Shown: one piece after another, positions 26,584-35,704 of the stretch
Position numbering within the stretch: position 1 is the stretch's first letter
Layout of the letters: the number at the start of each line of letters is the position of its first letter
Source of the DNA: Chitinophaga pinensis
Lineage (GTDB): Bacteria > Bacteroidota > Bacteroidia > 2-12-FULL-35-15
Direction: 5' to 3'
Assembly (NCBI GenBank): GCA_945879015.1
Contig: CAMCUO010000009.1
Span: 6,444-70,443 of the forward strand
Length of the DNA stretch: 64,000 bases
Position numbers and translations under genes: made by a program
Notes under the pieces: generated by a model
Database searches by the model: none
Told to the model about the DNA's origin: nothing
The model's input: the letters and a program-made list of their open reading frames with translations, nothing else

Positions 26584-26603
26584 CCGTTGACTAAAGTCAA
26601 CGG
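26584..26603. repeat. Perfect 8-bp/TAAA-loop hairpin CCGTTGAC-TAAA-GTCAACGG between the dedA paralogs
   Basis: It has the same CCGT....TAAA....ACGG-CAA architecture as 33489-33508. Confidence 0.75.
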
Positions 26604-26617
26604 CAACAAGCCAATAA

Positions 26618-27250
26618 TCATTTTTTGTTCTTTCTTTCTCTGAAGAAAGTAACGGCCACCGGAATAGTAGTAATAATGATCAGTCCTATTACAATATAAC
26701 CGATGTTTTTCTGCACCCATTCATAGGTTCCGAGAAAATAACCGATGCTGCACAAGGTTCCGATCCAGGCAAGAGCTCCTACAACATTATACAGCATGAA
26801 TTTTTTAAAATCAATTTTCACAACACCTGCCAGGATGGGCGCAAAGGTGCGGATGATGGGCAAAAAGCGGCCAATGATCAATGTCTTTCCGCCATTCTTA
26901 TTGTAGAATTCCTGCGTCACCTCCAGGTATCTTTTTTTAAAAATGAGTGAATCTTTTCTTTCAAATAAGGGTGGTCCTACTTTATAACCGAACCAGTAAC
27001 CTACAATGTTTCCAAGTATTGCAGCAGCACACAGTAATAAAATCAGAACCGGCAAATTCACCCCGAGTAATTCCGGTTTAGAAACACAAATCATTCCTGA
27101 GATAAAAATAAGTGAATCACCGGGAAGAAAAAATCCGATGAGGAGTCCGGTTTCAGCAAACACGACAAAAAGCAGCAATGCCAAACCACCATATGCAATA
27201 ATGGATTGAGGATCGGTAAGTTGTTTGAGGAATTCGACTACGGATTGCAT
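26618..27250 (-). CDS. DedA-family (VTT domain) membrane protein, tandem paralog
   Basis: 210 aa: FLPGDSLIFISG, GRFLPIIRTFAPILAG. The start codon overlaps the gltP-family stop by 1 nt (TAATG). Confidence 0.88.
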   Translation of the reverse strand: MQSVVEFLKQLTDPQSIIAYGGLALLLFVVFAETGLLIGFFLPGDSLIFISGMICVSKPELLGVNLPVLILLLCAAAILGNIVGYWFGYKVGPPLFERKDSLIFKKRYLEVTQEFYNKNGGKTLIIGRFLPIIRTFAPILAGVVKIDFKKFMLYNVVGALAWIGTLCSIGYFLGTYEWVQKNIGYIVIGLIIITTIPVAVTFFRERKNKK

Positions 27251-28494
27251 TAATCCAGTTTTACTTTATCGATACTTGCATCTGTAGGAATACCTAATTC
27301 TCCTTCCCATTTAGAGATAACGGCTGTTGCCACTGCGTTTCCTACAACGTTAGTTGCGGAGCGGCCCATGTCTAAAATTTGATCTATCCCAAGCAACAAC
27401 AATAATCCCGCTACCGGAATATTAAAATGTGCCAGCATGCCTGCAATTACAACCAAGGATGCGCGGGGAATTCCAGCCATTCCTTTGCTTGTCACTAATA
27501 AAATTAAGAGCATAGTTACCTGTTGTCCAACCGTCATTTCAATGCCGTATGCTTGCGCGATGAACACGGTTGCAAAAGTCATGTACATCATTGAACCGTC
27601 TAAATTAAAGGAGTATCCGAGTGGTAACACAAAACTCACAATTCGATTTCCACAACCAAAACGCTCTAGCGATTCGATTGTTTTTGGCATTGCAGCTTCT
27701 GAACTAGCTGTGCTGAATGCTAGTAAAATTGGTTCTTTGATATAGTTTAACAATTTGAAAAAATTAATTTTCATAAAGAAACAAATCAAGAAAAGAATAA
27801 CAAAGACGAATAAAAACAATCCTAAATAAAATGTTCCAATTAAATAAACGTATCCTGCAAGCACACCCAATCCTTGTTTTGCGACCACTGCTGCTAATGC
27901 ACCAAACACTCCAAACGGAGCGAATGCCATTACATAGTTGGTGACTTTAAACATGATGTGTGAAACGGAATCGAAAAAATCAACGACTACCTTCCCTTTA
28001 TTCCCAACAGATGCCGCTGCAATTCCAAAAAATAATGCAAAGATTACAATTGGTAAAATTTCATTTTTTGCCATTACATCCACAATACTTTCTGGAATAA
28101 TATGATTGATGAAATTTTTTGTGTCGAATTGTTTAGCTGCTTCAACCCCTACTGCAGCATCTGCTGCAGGTAATTCTAAATGCATTTTTTTCCCCGGAGC
28201 AAAAACATTCACCAACATTAATCCCAATAACAAAGAAATAATAGCTGCAGTTGTAAAATATAAAAGTGTTTTAATTCCGATGCGCCCGACCGATTTAAAA
28301 TCACCCACCTTCGCTACACCCACTACCAATACAGAGAATACCAAAGGCGCAATGATCATTTTTATGAAGCGCATAAAAATATCGCTAAGAATATGTAGAC
28401 TTGGTGCAAAGTCTTTCCAGAAATATCCAACGATAATTCCCAGGAGCATTCCTGCAAATATTTGAACGATGAGAGAGGGTGCTTTAAATTTCAT
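27250..28494 (-). CDS. Dicarboxylate/amino acid:cation symporter (DAACS, GltP/DctA family)
   Basis: 414 aa, multi-TM, with DAACS hallmarks (SSEAAMP, NLDGSMMY, VDMGRSATNVVGNAVA). Confidence 0.88.
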   Translation of the reverse strand: MKFKAPSLIVQIFAGMLLGIIVGYFWKDFAPSLHILSDIFMRFIKMIIAPLVFSVLVVGVAKVGDFKSVGRIGIKTLLYFTTAAIISLLLGLMLVNVFAPGKKMHLELPAADAAVGVEAAKQFDTKNFINHIIPESIVDVMAKNEILPIVIFALFFGIAAASVGNKGKVVVDFFDSVSHIMFKVTNYVMAFAPFGVFGALAAVVAKQGLGVLAGYVYLIGTFYLGLFLFVFVILFLICFFMKINFFKLLNYIKEPILLAFSTASSEAAMPKTIESLERFGCGNRIVSFVLPLGYSFNLDGSMMYMTFATVFIAQAYGIEMTVGQQVTMLLILLVTSKGMAGIPRASLVVIAGMLAHFNIPVAGLLLLLGIDQILDMGRSATNVVGNAVATAVISKWEGELGIPTDASIDKVKLD

Positions 28495-28662
28495 ATTTTT
28501 TGCTCGCAGTTTTCGCGGATTTTCGCAGATCTGCTTTTTGTTTAAAACAAATATAGGTTTTGTGGGGCAATTATGCGAAAGAAAATAAGCCGCAGACTCG
28601 CAGATTATATATGGTGTGGTAATTACTTCAGATTTATTGCCTTTGGCAATGATTAGAAAGTT

Positions 28663-30033
28663 CTACAACAACTTAATCACAAAATCAGGGAACAAGCCCA
28701 TTACGATGATTATGATTGCAATAAATAACAATAATAATTTATGGTTGCTTTCAACCGGAACAGCTTCTGTACTTGTGCTTTCTTTGAAATACATTGCGAT
28801 GATTAATCTGAAATAATAATACACTCCGACTAAAGATGCGATGATTGCAATTAAAACTAATCCTACATTTCCTGCAACAAATGCTGAGGTGAAAATGTAA
28901 TACTTTGCGAAGAAGCCTGCTGTAGGCGGAATTCCTGCTAAAGATAAAAGCGCAATTGTCATCACAACTGCAAGGAACGGATTTGTTTTTGCTAGACCGT
29001 TGAATGAATCTACTCCGTCTCCGTTTTTTGCATTTGAAATAATATGCACGATACAGAATGTTCCGATAGAACCAATTGAATATGCTGCTGCATAAAATAA
29101 AATCGCGCTATTCGAATAATCGTTTCCTGCTAATAAAGCCAACAACATATATCCAGCATGTGCCACACTTGAATAAGCAAGCATACGTTTTGTGCTTGTT
29201 TGAACGACAGCTGTTATGTTTCCAACCAATAATGTTAATGCCGCCATTACCCAAACTACATTCATCCATGTTCCACTTACTTCCATAAATGTTGTAGAAA
29301 ACAATCTTAAGAAAGCTGCAAAAGCTGCTGTCTTCACAATGGTCGACATGAATGCAGTAATCACAGTTGGTGCACCTTGATAAACATCAGGAGCCCAGAA
29401 ATGAAATGGCGCAGCAGAAACTTTAAATGCCATTCCGATTAACATTAATAATACTCCAACAGAAAAAATTGCAGTAGATGCCGTTCCAGCAGAAACAGCA
29501 TCAGCAATTTCAGAAAGATCGAACGAGCCTGTCGCTCCGTAAATTAAAGCAATTCCGAAAAGCAAGAATCCAGTTGCAAAAGCACCCATGATTAAATATT
29601 TGAATGCGGCTTCGTTTGATGAAATATCTGATTTGCTACTTCCAGCTAAAATGTACATTGGAATAGATAAAATTTCGATTCCTAAAAATAACATCGCCAT
29701 GTTGTTGTACGAAACCATCATTACAGCTCCTACCAAGGCAAACAATACTAATGCAAAATGATCTGTTAAGTTTGATTCTTCTTTAAAAAACCCTTCTGCC
29801 ATGATGAACCACAGAAATGCTACCACAATAATTACTCCTGTAAATGCTACAGCGTAATTATCATATTGCATCATTTTATAATACGTATGATTTGTATCCC
29901 AATCAAAAACGTTTAGCACAAATGCAGTAACTAAACCAAGCAATACAATTGGGTACAACAATTTTTTGAAGCTGAAAATTTCAGCTAATAATGCAATAAC
30001 ACCTAAAGAAGAAAGTAATACTAATGCTTTCAT
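28663..30033 (-). CDS. nuoN: NADH-quinone oxidoreductase subunit N
   Basis: 456 aa polytopic antiporter-like subunit, last in the nuo order. Confidence 0.9.
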   Translation of the reverse strand: MKALVLLSSLGVIALLAEIFSFKKLLYPIVLLGLVTAFVLNVFDWDTNHTYYKMMQYDNYAVAFTGVIIVVAFLWFIMAEGFFKEESNLTDHFALVLFALVGAVMMVSYNNMAMLFLGIEILSIPMYILAGSSKSDISSNEAAFKYLIMGAFATGFLLFGIALIYGATGSFDLSEIADAVSAGTASTAIFSVGVLLMLIGMAFKVSAAPFHFWAPDVYQGAPTVITAFMSTIVKTAAFAAFLRLFSTTFMEVSGTWMNVVWVMAALTLLVGNITAVVQTSTKRMLAYSSVAHAGYMLLALLAGNDYSNSAILFYAAAYSIGSIGTFCIVHIISNAKNGDGVDSFNGLAKTNPFLAVVMTIALLSLAGIPPTAGFFAKYYIFTSAFVAGNVGLVLIAIIASLVGVYYYFRLIIAMYFKESTSTEAVPVESNHKLLLLFIAIIIIVMGLFPDFVIKLL

Positions 30034-30043
30034 ATATATTCCT

Positions 30044-30074
30044 ACGAATTACGAATTTTAGCGAATTACGAATA
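30044..30074. repeat. Heptamer word run ACGAATT ACGAATT tta GCGAATT ACGAATA in the nuoM-nuoN spacer
   Basis: Read directly at 30044-30074. Confidence 0.8.
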
Positions 30075-30091
30075 TTTCGCTTATTCTATTT

Positions 30092-31558
30092 TTAATGTCC
30101 TAATGCAACTCTAAGTCCTGCTAACAATTGATCTACTGCTGGTGACACAATATCTGTTAATGGTTTTGGAAATACTCCAAACACAATAATTGCTGCACAT
30201 ATAATTAACAATACTGCTTTTTCACTTTTCTCCAATGGCGCAAATGAAGAAGTGATTCCGTTTGTTTCACCCAACATAATGGATTGGTAACTGCGCAACA
30301 TATATACTGCTCCAAGAATCACAGACAATCCTGCAAACCCCGCCATCCATGGGTTGAATTGATACACACCATTCAGCAATAAAAATTCTCCAACAAATCC
30401 GTTTGTTAATGGAAGCGCAACACTTCCTAATAACACGATTAAAAACAAAAAAGCAAATTGTGGATTCACATTTCTGATTCCACCTAAAGCTGCTATTTCT
30501 CGAGTGTTTGTGCGTTTTTGAATTAAATCAACAATGAAGAATAATCCAACAACGTTAACACCGTGACTCAACATCTGAATCATTGCACCCTGAACACCTT
30601 GTGTATTCATAGATAAAATTCCTGCAGCAATTAATCCAACGTGAGCGATAGATGAATACGCAATTAATCGTTTAAAATCTTTTTGTACGATAGCAATACA
30701 TGAAGCATAAACAACTCCGAATACCGCTAGTCCAATTGCAAGGTTTGCATATTTTTCGACTCCTAATGGTGCTAATGGTAACAACCAACGAATAACTCCA
30801 AAGGTTCCCATCTTTAACATGATTCCCGAAAGCATCATTGTTCCTTGTGTTGGAGCTGTTGTATAAGTATCAGGTTGCCAAGTGTGGAAAGGGAAAACTG
30901 GCATCTTCACAGCAAATGCTATAAACATTGCCCAAAACACATATCCTTGATGAACAACATCTAAACTTTGTCCGGCTGAATACAATGCAGCAATATCAAA
31001 ACTATGTCCCCCTGGTGTGTGTAGATATAAATAAATTAATCCTCCCAGCATAAACAAACTTCCAGCTAATGTGTAAACAAAAAACTTGAAAGTGATTCTT
31101 GCTCTGTCTTCTCCGCCCCACAACAAACAAATAAAGTAAATCGGAATAAGTGCAAGCTCCCAGAACACATAAAATAAGAATCCATCCAATGAAACAAATA
31201 CTCCAACCAATGCCATTTGCATGATTAGAATTAATGAATAAAATGCAGAAGGATTTTTATGTTCTGTTTTAAATGAAGTAAGAATAATAACTGGAACTAA
31301 AAATGTAGTAAGTAAAACCAACAACATCGAAATCCCATCAATGCCCACATGGAAGGTTATTCCAAGAGATTGAACCCATGCATAATTCCATTCGAATTGT
31401 GTAGTTGCATCTTGATGAAAATGTCCCAATGCAAAAACTGCAATTGCAAATTCTAAAATTGCAGCACCCAATGCAAGCGTTTTAACTTGTGGTCCTTTTA
31501 CAAACAACAAGAGTAAACCTGCGACTAAAGGAAAAAATATTAATAATAATGTGATCAT
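30092..31558 (-). CDS. nuoM: NADH-quinone oxidoreductase subunit M
   Basis: 488 aa, ND4-like antiporter subunit, by operon position. Confidence 0.9.
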   Translation of the reverse strand: MITLLLIFFPLVAGLLLLFVKGPQVKTLALGAAILEFAIAVFALGHFHQDATTQFEWNYAWVQSLGITFHVGIDGISMLLVLLTTFLVPVIILTSFKTEHKNPSAFYSLILIMQMALVGVFVSLDGFLFYVFWELALIPIYFICLLWGGEDRARITFKFFVYTLAGSLFMLGGLIYLYLHTPGGHSFDIAALYSAGQSLDVVHQGYVFWAMFIAFAVKMPVFPFHTWQPDTYTTAPTQGTMMLSGIMLKMGTFGVIRWLLPLAPLGVEKYANLAIGLAVFGVVYASCIAIVQKDFKRLIAYSSIAHVGLIAAGILSMNTQGVQGAMIQMLSHGVNVVGLFFIVDLIQKRTNTREIAALGGIRNVNPQFAFLFLIVLLGSVALPLTNGFVGEFLLLNGVYQFNPWMAGFAGLSVILGAVYMLRSYQSIMLGETNGITSSFAPLEKSEKAVLLIICAAIIVFGVFPKPLTDIVSPAVDQLLAGLRVALGH

Positions 31559-31571
31559 ATGTTGTTAAATT

Positions 31572-33470
31572 CTAAAATAATTGAGTGAATAATATCAATA
31601 CAATACTAATCACCATTACAAAAATGTAAAACCCAATGTTTCCTGTTTGTGCTAAACGTATTGTTCCGCTCATCCAGCTAACCGCAGAACCTACACCATT
31701 TACAATTCCATCTACCAATTGATTGTCGATTACTTTATGGAATGCTTCTGATAATAAATTCAATGGTTTTGTAATTAATGTTTCGTAAATTTCATCTACC
31801 CAATATTTATTATAGACTAATTTATGTAATGGTTTTAATTCTTCGTCCTCATCAACTGGAATTGTATTTTTCTTAGAGTAAATTGTGTATGCATAATATA
31901 TTGCTGCGATCATAACAACTGTTGCAACGCCCATTAAAATGTATTCTGTTTGGTGAGATAAATGATGAACCAAACGGAAAGAAGAAGCTTCGAATACTGG
32001 ACTTAAAAATTCTTCTAAATAATGAGTGCCGTGTAATACAGCTGGAATGCCAACCAATCCACCAACGATAGATAAAACCGCCAACACAATTAAAGGAATT
32101 GTCATTGATGGTGGTGATTCATGTAAATGATGTTCTTGTTCGTGAGTTCCTCTAAATTTTCCGTGAAAGGTTAAGAAGTACAATCTAAACATGTAGAAGG
32201 TTGTCATTGCTGCACCTAAAATTCCAAAGAACCAAAGTAGTTTATTGTGAGCAAAAACATTTGCTAATATTTCATCTTTAGAAAAGAATCCAGAAAATGG
32301 GAAACAACCAGCGATTGCGAGTGTTCCGATTAAGAAGGTGATATGTGTTTTAGAAATATACTTTTTCAATCCGCCCATTTTACGAATGTCTTGTTCGCCA
32401 CCCATTGCGTGAATCACACTTCCAGCACCAAGGAATAACAATGCTTTGAAGAATGCGTGAGTCATTACGTGAAACACCGCTCCGGTATAAGCACCCACTC
32501 CAAGTGCGAGGAACATATATCCTAATTGTGAAACAGTAGAATAAGCCAATACTTTTTTAATATCGTTTTGAGCCAAGCCGATTGTTGCAGCAAACAAAGC
32601 CGTACAAATTCCGATTATTGCAACTACATTCATTGCCTCTGGAGAAAGTGTATATAAAATGTTTGAACGAGCAATCATGTAAATACCTGCAGTTACCATC
32701 GTTGCAGCGTGGATCAATGCAGACACAGGAGTTGGTCCCGCCATCGCATCAGGCAACCAAGTGTATAATGGAAGCTGTGCGCTTTTTCCCATTGCTCCGA
32801 CAAATAACAACAAAGCAATAATCGTAATAGTTGTATTTCCCGAGCCCATATTTTTTGCTTGTTCAAACACATCGTGATAACCGATACTTCCGAACGTTAC
32901 AAAAATTAAAATGATGCCTAATAAAAATCCTAAGTCGCCCACACGATTCATGATGAATGCTTTTTTCGCGGCATTATTATAAGCTGTGTTTTTAAACCAG
33001 AATCCAATTAATAAATAAGAACACAATCCAACACCTTCCCAACCCACAAACATGATTAGATAATTTGAACCCATCACCAACAACAACATGAAGAAAATAA
33101 AGAGATTCAAATAAGCGAAGAAACGAGAGAAGCCTTCATCGTGACTCATATACCCAACAGAGTAAACGTGAATCAAGAATCCAACTCCTGTAATGATTAA
33201 TAAGAATAAAGAAGAGAGTGGGTCGATTAAAAAAGAAAATGGAATAGAAAGTTTTCCTGCAGAAATCCAATTGAATAATTCGATAGTGTATTCTTTTTGA
33301 ACACCATTTTTTAATTCAAAAAATATTCCAACAGCAATTGCTAGAGCACCAAAAATTACTCCGCTTCCAATTGTACCAACAAGTCCTTTCGATAATTTTT
33401 TCCCAAACAATCCAATGATAATAAATCCCATCAAGGGAAGAAGAGGAACTAACCAAACTAATTTTATCAT
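31572..33470 (-). CDS. nuoL: NADH-quinone oxidoreductase subunit L
   Basis: 632 aa, ND5-like, with the C-terminal lateral-helix extension. Confidence 0.9.
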   Translation of the reverse strand: MIKLVWLVPLLPLMGFIIIGLFGKKLSKGLVGTIGSGVIFGALAIAVGIFFELKNGVQKEYTIELFNWISAGKLSIPFSFLIDPLSSLFLLIITGVGFLIHVYSVGYMSHDEGFSRFFAYLNLFIFFMLLLVMGSNYLIMFVGWEGVGLCSYLLIGFWFKNTAYNNAAKKAFIMNRVGDLGFLLGIILIFVTFGSIGYHDVFEQAKNMGSGNTTITIIALLLFVGAMGKSAQLPLYTWLPDAMAGPTPVSALIHAATMVTAGIYMIARSNILYTLSPEAMNVVAIIGICTALFAATIGLAQNDIKKVLAYSTVSQLGYMFLALGVGAYTGAVFHVMTHAFFKALLFLGAGSVIHAMGGEQDIRKMGGLKKYISKTHITFLIGTLAIAGCFPFSGFFSKDEILANVFAHNKLLWFFGILGAAMTTFYMFRLYFLTFHGKFRGTHEQEHHLHESPPSMTIPLIVLAVLSIVGGLVGIPAVLHGTHYLEEFLSPVFEASSFRLVHHLSHQTEYILMGVATVVMIAAIYYAYTIYSKKNTIPVDEDEELKPLHKLVYNKYWVDEIYETLITKPLNLLSEAFHKVIDNQLVDGIVNGVGSAVSWMSGTIRLAQTGNIGFYIFVMVISIVLILFTQLF

Positions 33471-33488
33471 ACTCTTTATTATTTTAAT

Positions 33489-33532
33489 CCGTCAGATAAA
33501 TCTGACGGCAATGAATTATCGGCAATGAATTA
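33489..33532. repeat. Hairpin CCGTCAGA-TAAA-TCTGACGG followed by the direct 13-mer doublet CGGCAATGAATTA x2
   Basis: Hairpin at 33489-33508. 13-mers at 33506-33518 and 33520-33532; the second overlaps the nuoK stop codon. Confidence 0.8.
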
Positions 33533-33847
33533 CCATTTTAATTTGTTCAAAATATTTATGTCGGATGATTTTGTATTTCTGTACACCATCATCAAAATTG
33601 CTAATCCTACAGCTACTTCTGCAGCAGCTACAGCCATAATAAAAAATACAAATACTTGTCCTTTACTATCAGATAAATAACTAGAGAAAGCAACAAGCAA
33701 TAAATTCACTGCGTTCAACATCAACTCTATTGACATGAAAATGATAATTGCGTTTCGTCTAAGTAAAACACCAGCCACACCAATGGTAAAAAGCACTATG
33801 CTTAAAAATAAATACCACTCGATAGGAACTATTTGTATTGCGCTCAT
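33530..33847 (-). CDS. nuoK: NADH-quinone oxidoreductase subunit K
   Basis: 105 aa, three TMs, ND4L-like. Confidence 0.9.
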   Translation of the reverse strand: MSAIQIVPIEWYLFLSIVLFTIGVAGVLLRRNAIIIFMSIELMLNAVNLLLVAFSSYLSDSKGQVFVFFIMAVAAAEVAVGLAILMMVYRNTKSSDINILNKLKW

Positions 33848-33849
33848 TC

Positions 33850-33884
33850 TAGATATTAGATATTAGATTTGAGATGTTAGATTT
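33850..33884. repeat. Five tandem heptamers TAGATAT TAGATAT TAGATTT GAGATGT TAGATTT
   Basis: Read directly in the nuoJ-nuoK spacer. An AATCTGCACA doublet also lies at about 33945-33970. Confidence 0.85.
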
Positions 33885-33971
33885 AATTCTGCTCATCTGT
33901 AAATCTTGTTTTTTATTTTTTAATTTCTTTTTTTAATAATTTTCAAATCTGCACATCAGTAATCTGCACAG

Positions 33972-34472
33972 CTACTTTATACTTTTCTTTCCTAACATTA
34001 CCGCTCCAACCATTGCTGCTAATAATAATATAGATGCCAATTCAAATGGCAATAAAAATTCGTTGAACAATGTCATTCCTAAATTTTCTATTAAACCGAT
34101 ATTCGAATTAAATGTATTGGTTGTTTGAATTGCCTCTGCCCCTCTTAATGCCCCAACCAAAACCACAAGCAATAATCCTGAAGCAACTACTGCCGACGAT
34201 TTTAACCAAACACTTTTATGAGGTTCTGTTTCCTTGTTCAAGTTTAAAAGCATAATAACAAACAGAAACAAAACCATAATCGCACCTGCATAAACAATAA
34301 TGTGAACCACTGCTAAAAATTGCGCGTTCAATAAAATATAATGACCAGCAATTGCAAAAAAGGTAAGTACTAAATACAATACACTGTGTATTGGATTTTT
34401 AGTAGATACCACTCTCAATGCGAAAAAAATTGCCAGGAAGGTGAGAAAAATAAATAGAGCTTTTGTAATCAT
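33972..34472 (-). CDS. nuoJ: NADH-quinone oxidoreductase subunit J
   Basis: 166 aa, ND6-like, by operon position. Confidence 0.88.
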   Translation of the reverse strand: MITKALFIFLTFLAIFFALRVVSTKNPIHSVLYLVLTFFAIAGHYILLNAQFLAVVHIIVYAGAIMVLFLFVIMLLNLNKETEPHKSVWLKSSAVVASGLLLVVLVGALRGAEAIQTTNTFNSNIGLIENLGMTLFNEFLLPFELASILLLAAMVGAVMLGKKSIK

Positions 34473-34529
34473 AATATTTTTGTTAGTTATTGGTTACTTC
34501 CCTTCGACTACGCTCAGGGTGACGTTTAT

Positions 34530-35135
34530 TTAATGACCACTAACTTTTGTTTTTTTGTTTTTATCAAATGTCTGATTGTGTGCATAGTGTTTATCTAATT
34601 TAAACTCTTTCACATCTGGCGTTTGGCGTTTTGTTAAATCAATCGGATTTTCTTTTGATTCTACTAAAATGCTTTTGCCATAAATAAATTCTTTACGTGT
34701 ATAAAAGCTATCCACTTTTCTGTCTGTTAAAAAGATTGCTTCTTTCGGACAAGCTTCTTCGCAATCGCCACAGAAAATACAACGCAACATATTTATTTCG
34801 TAAATCGTAGCATATTTTTCTTCGCGATATAAATGCTCTTCTCCTGGTTTGCGTTCTGCAGAAACCATTGTGATTGCTTCTGCTGGACAAGCTACTGCAC
34901 AAAGCCCACAAGCAGTACAACGTTCTGCACCTTTTTCGTCACGTTTTAAAACATGTTGTCCACGATAAATTCCGCTATACTCACGTGTTTGTTCAGGATA
35001 TCTTATGGTTGCTGATTTCTTAAAAAGGTGAGTAAATGTAATCCACATACCGCTGAAAATAGCGGGGAAGTACATTCGTTCCATGAATGTCATCTCCTTT
35101 TTTGAAACAACTTGTGATCTGTTTGTTAATTGCAT
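34530..35135 (-). CDS. nuoI: NADH-quinone oxidoreductase subunit I (2x[4Fe-4S] ferredoxin)
   Basis: Two CxxCxxCxxxCP motifs (CTACGLCAVACP, CIFCGDCEEACP). I prefer the ATG at 35135 (MQLTNRSQ), because the longer track ORF runs into the inverted-repeat arm at 35144-35177. Confidence 0.88.
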   Translation of the reverse strand: MQLTNRSQVVSKKEMTFMERMYFPAIFSGMWITFTHLFKKSATIRYPEQTREYSGIYRGQHVLKRDEKGAERCTACGLCAVACPAEAITMVSAERKPGEEHLYREEKYATIYEINMLRCIFCGDCEEACPKEAIFLTDRKVDSFYTRKEFIYGKSILVESKENPIDLTKRQTPDVKEFKLDKHYAHNQTFDKNKKTKVSGH

Positions 35136-35143
35136 TTTATAAT

Positions 35144-35704
35144 CAGTTGGCAGTTGGCAATTTTTAAAAGTTGGCAATGTTTTTAGTTAATACTTTACCT
35201 CTTCCTTAATTTTCAACTTTATATTTTTACTAAATTTAGTTAATTCCGTTTTTACAATATTAGCTATTGCTTTCCTGTGTATTTTTCTGGGTTTTCAATC
35301 ATATGCCCAATCATTCTTCCTATTTCTTCAGAACGTTTTAAATAATCATCATACTGCTCTTTCTCAATATATTCACAAGCCAAAGCAAAATCCAACCACA
35401 CCTGAGTCTCGCTATTTTCCATGTCTGCATCTGAACATTTGCTTACAAAATGAGCAGGGTAAAGTCTTTTTCTGTAGCCTTCGCCAACATTCGAACAAAC
35501 AGAACGAGATGATCTTCTAATTTGACTCGTTAGACCAAATTTCTCTTCATTTGGAATTTTTTTGATTCTTTAAAAATTAGCACTGATAAATCAAATGCTT
35601 TTTTATAAACATTCAAATCTCTGAAACTTCCCATATATTAAAAGAACTATTTATTTTTATTTTTTTCCCTTTGCCAACTATTTTCTTTTGCCAACTGCCA
35701 ACTA
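35144..35704 (-). mobile_element. IVS-like cassette 1: frameshifted four-helix-bundle gene bracketed by a bipartite inverted repeat, filling the nuoH-nuoI spacer
   Basis: The outer arms CAGTTGGCAGTTGGCAA (35144-35160) and TTGCCAACTGCCAACTA (35688-35704) give 16 perfect pairs, plus a terminal G.U in the minus sense. The inner arms are AGTTGGCAA (35169-35177) and TTGCCAACT (35671-35679). An 8-nt unpaired spacer lies on each side. Confidence 0.5.
35264..35634 (-). pseudogene. Four-helix-bundle protein (23S rRNA intervening-sequence protein family, PF05635/TIGR02436-like) with one frameshift
   Basis: Own translation. Frame 1 reads MGSFRDLNVYKKAFDLSVLIFKESKK and then stops. The continuation is in another frame: PNEEKFGLTSQIRRSSRSVCSNVGEGYRKRLYPAHFVSKCSDADMENSETQVWLDFALACEYIEKEQYDDYLKRSEEIGRMIGHMIENPEKYTGKQ*. 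Restoring one nucleotide in the A7TT run (forward about 35555-35565) gives an intact ~122-aa family member (..KKFPNEEKFGLTSQIRRS..). Confidence 0.75.
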
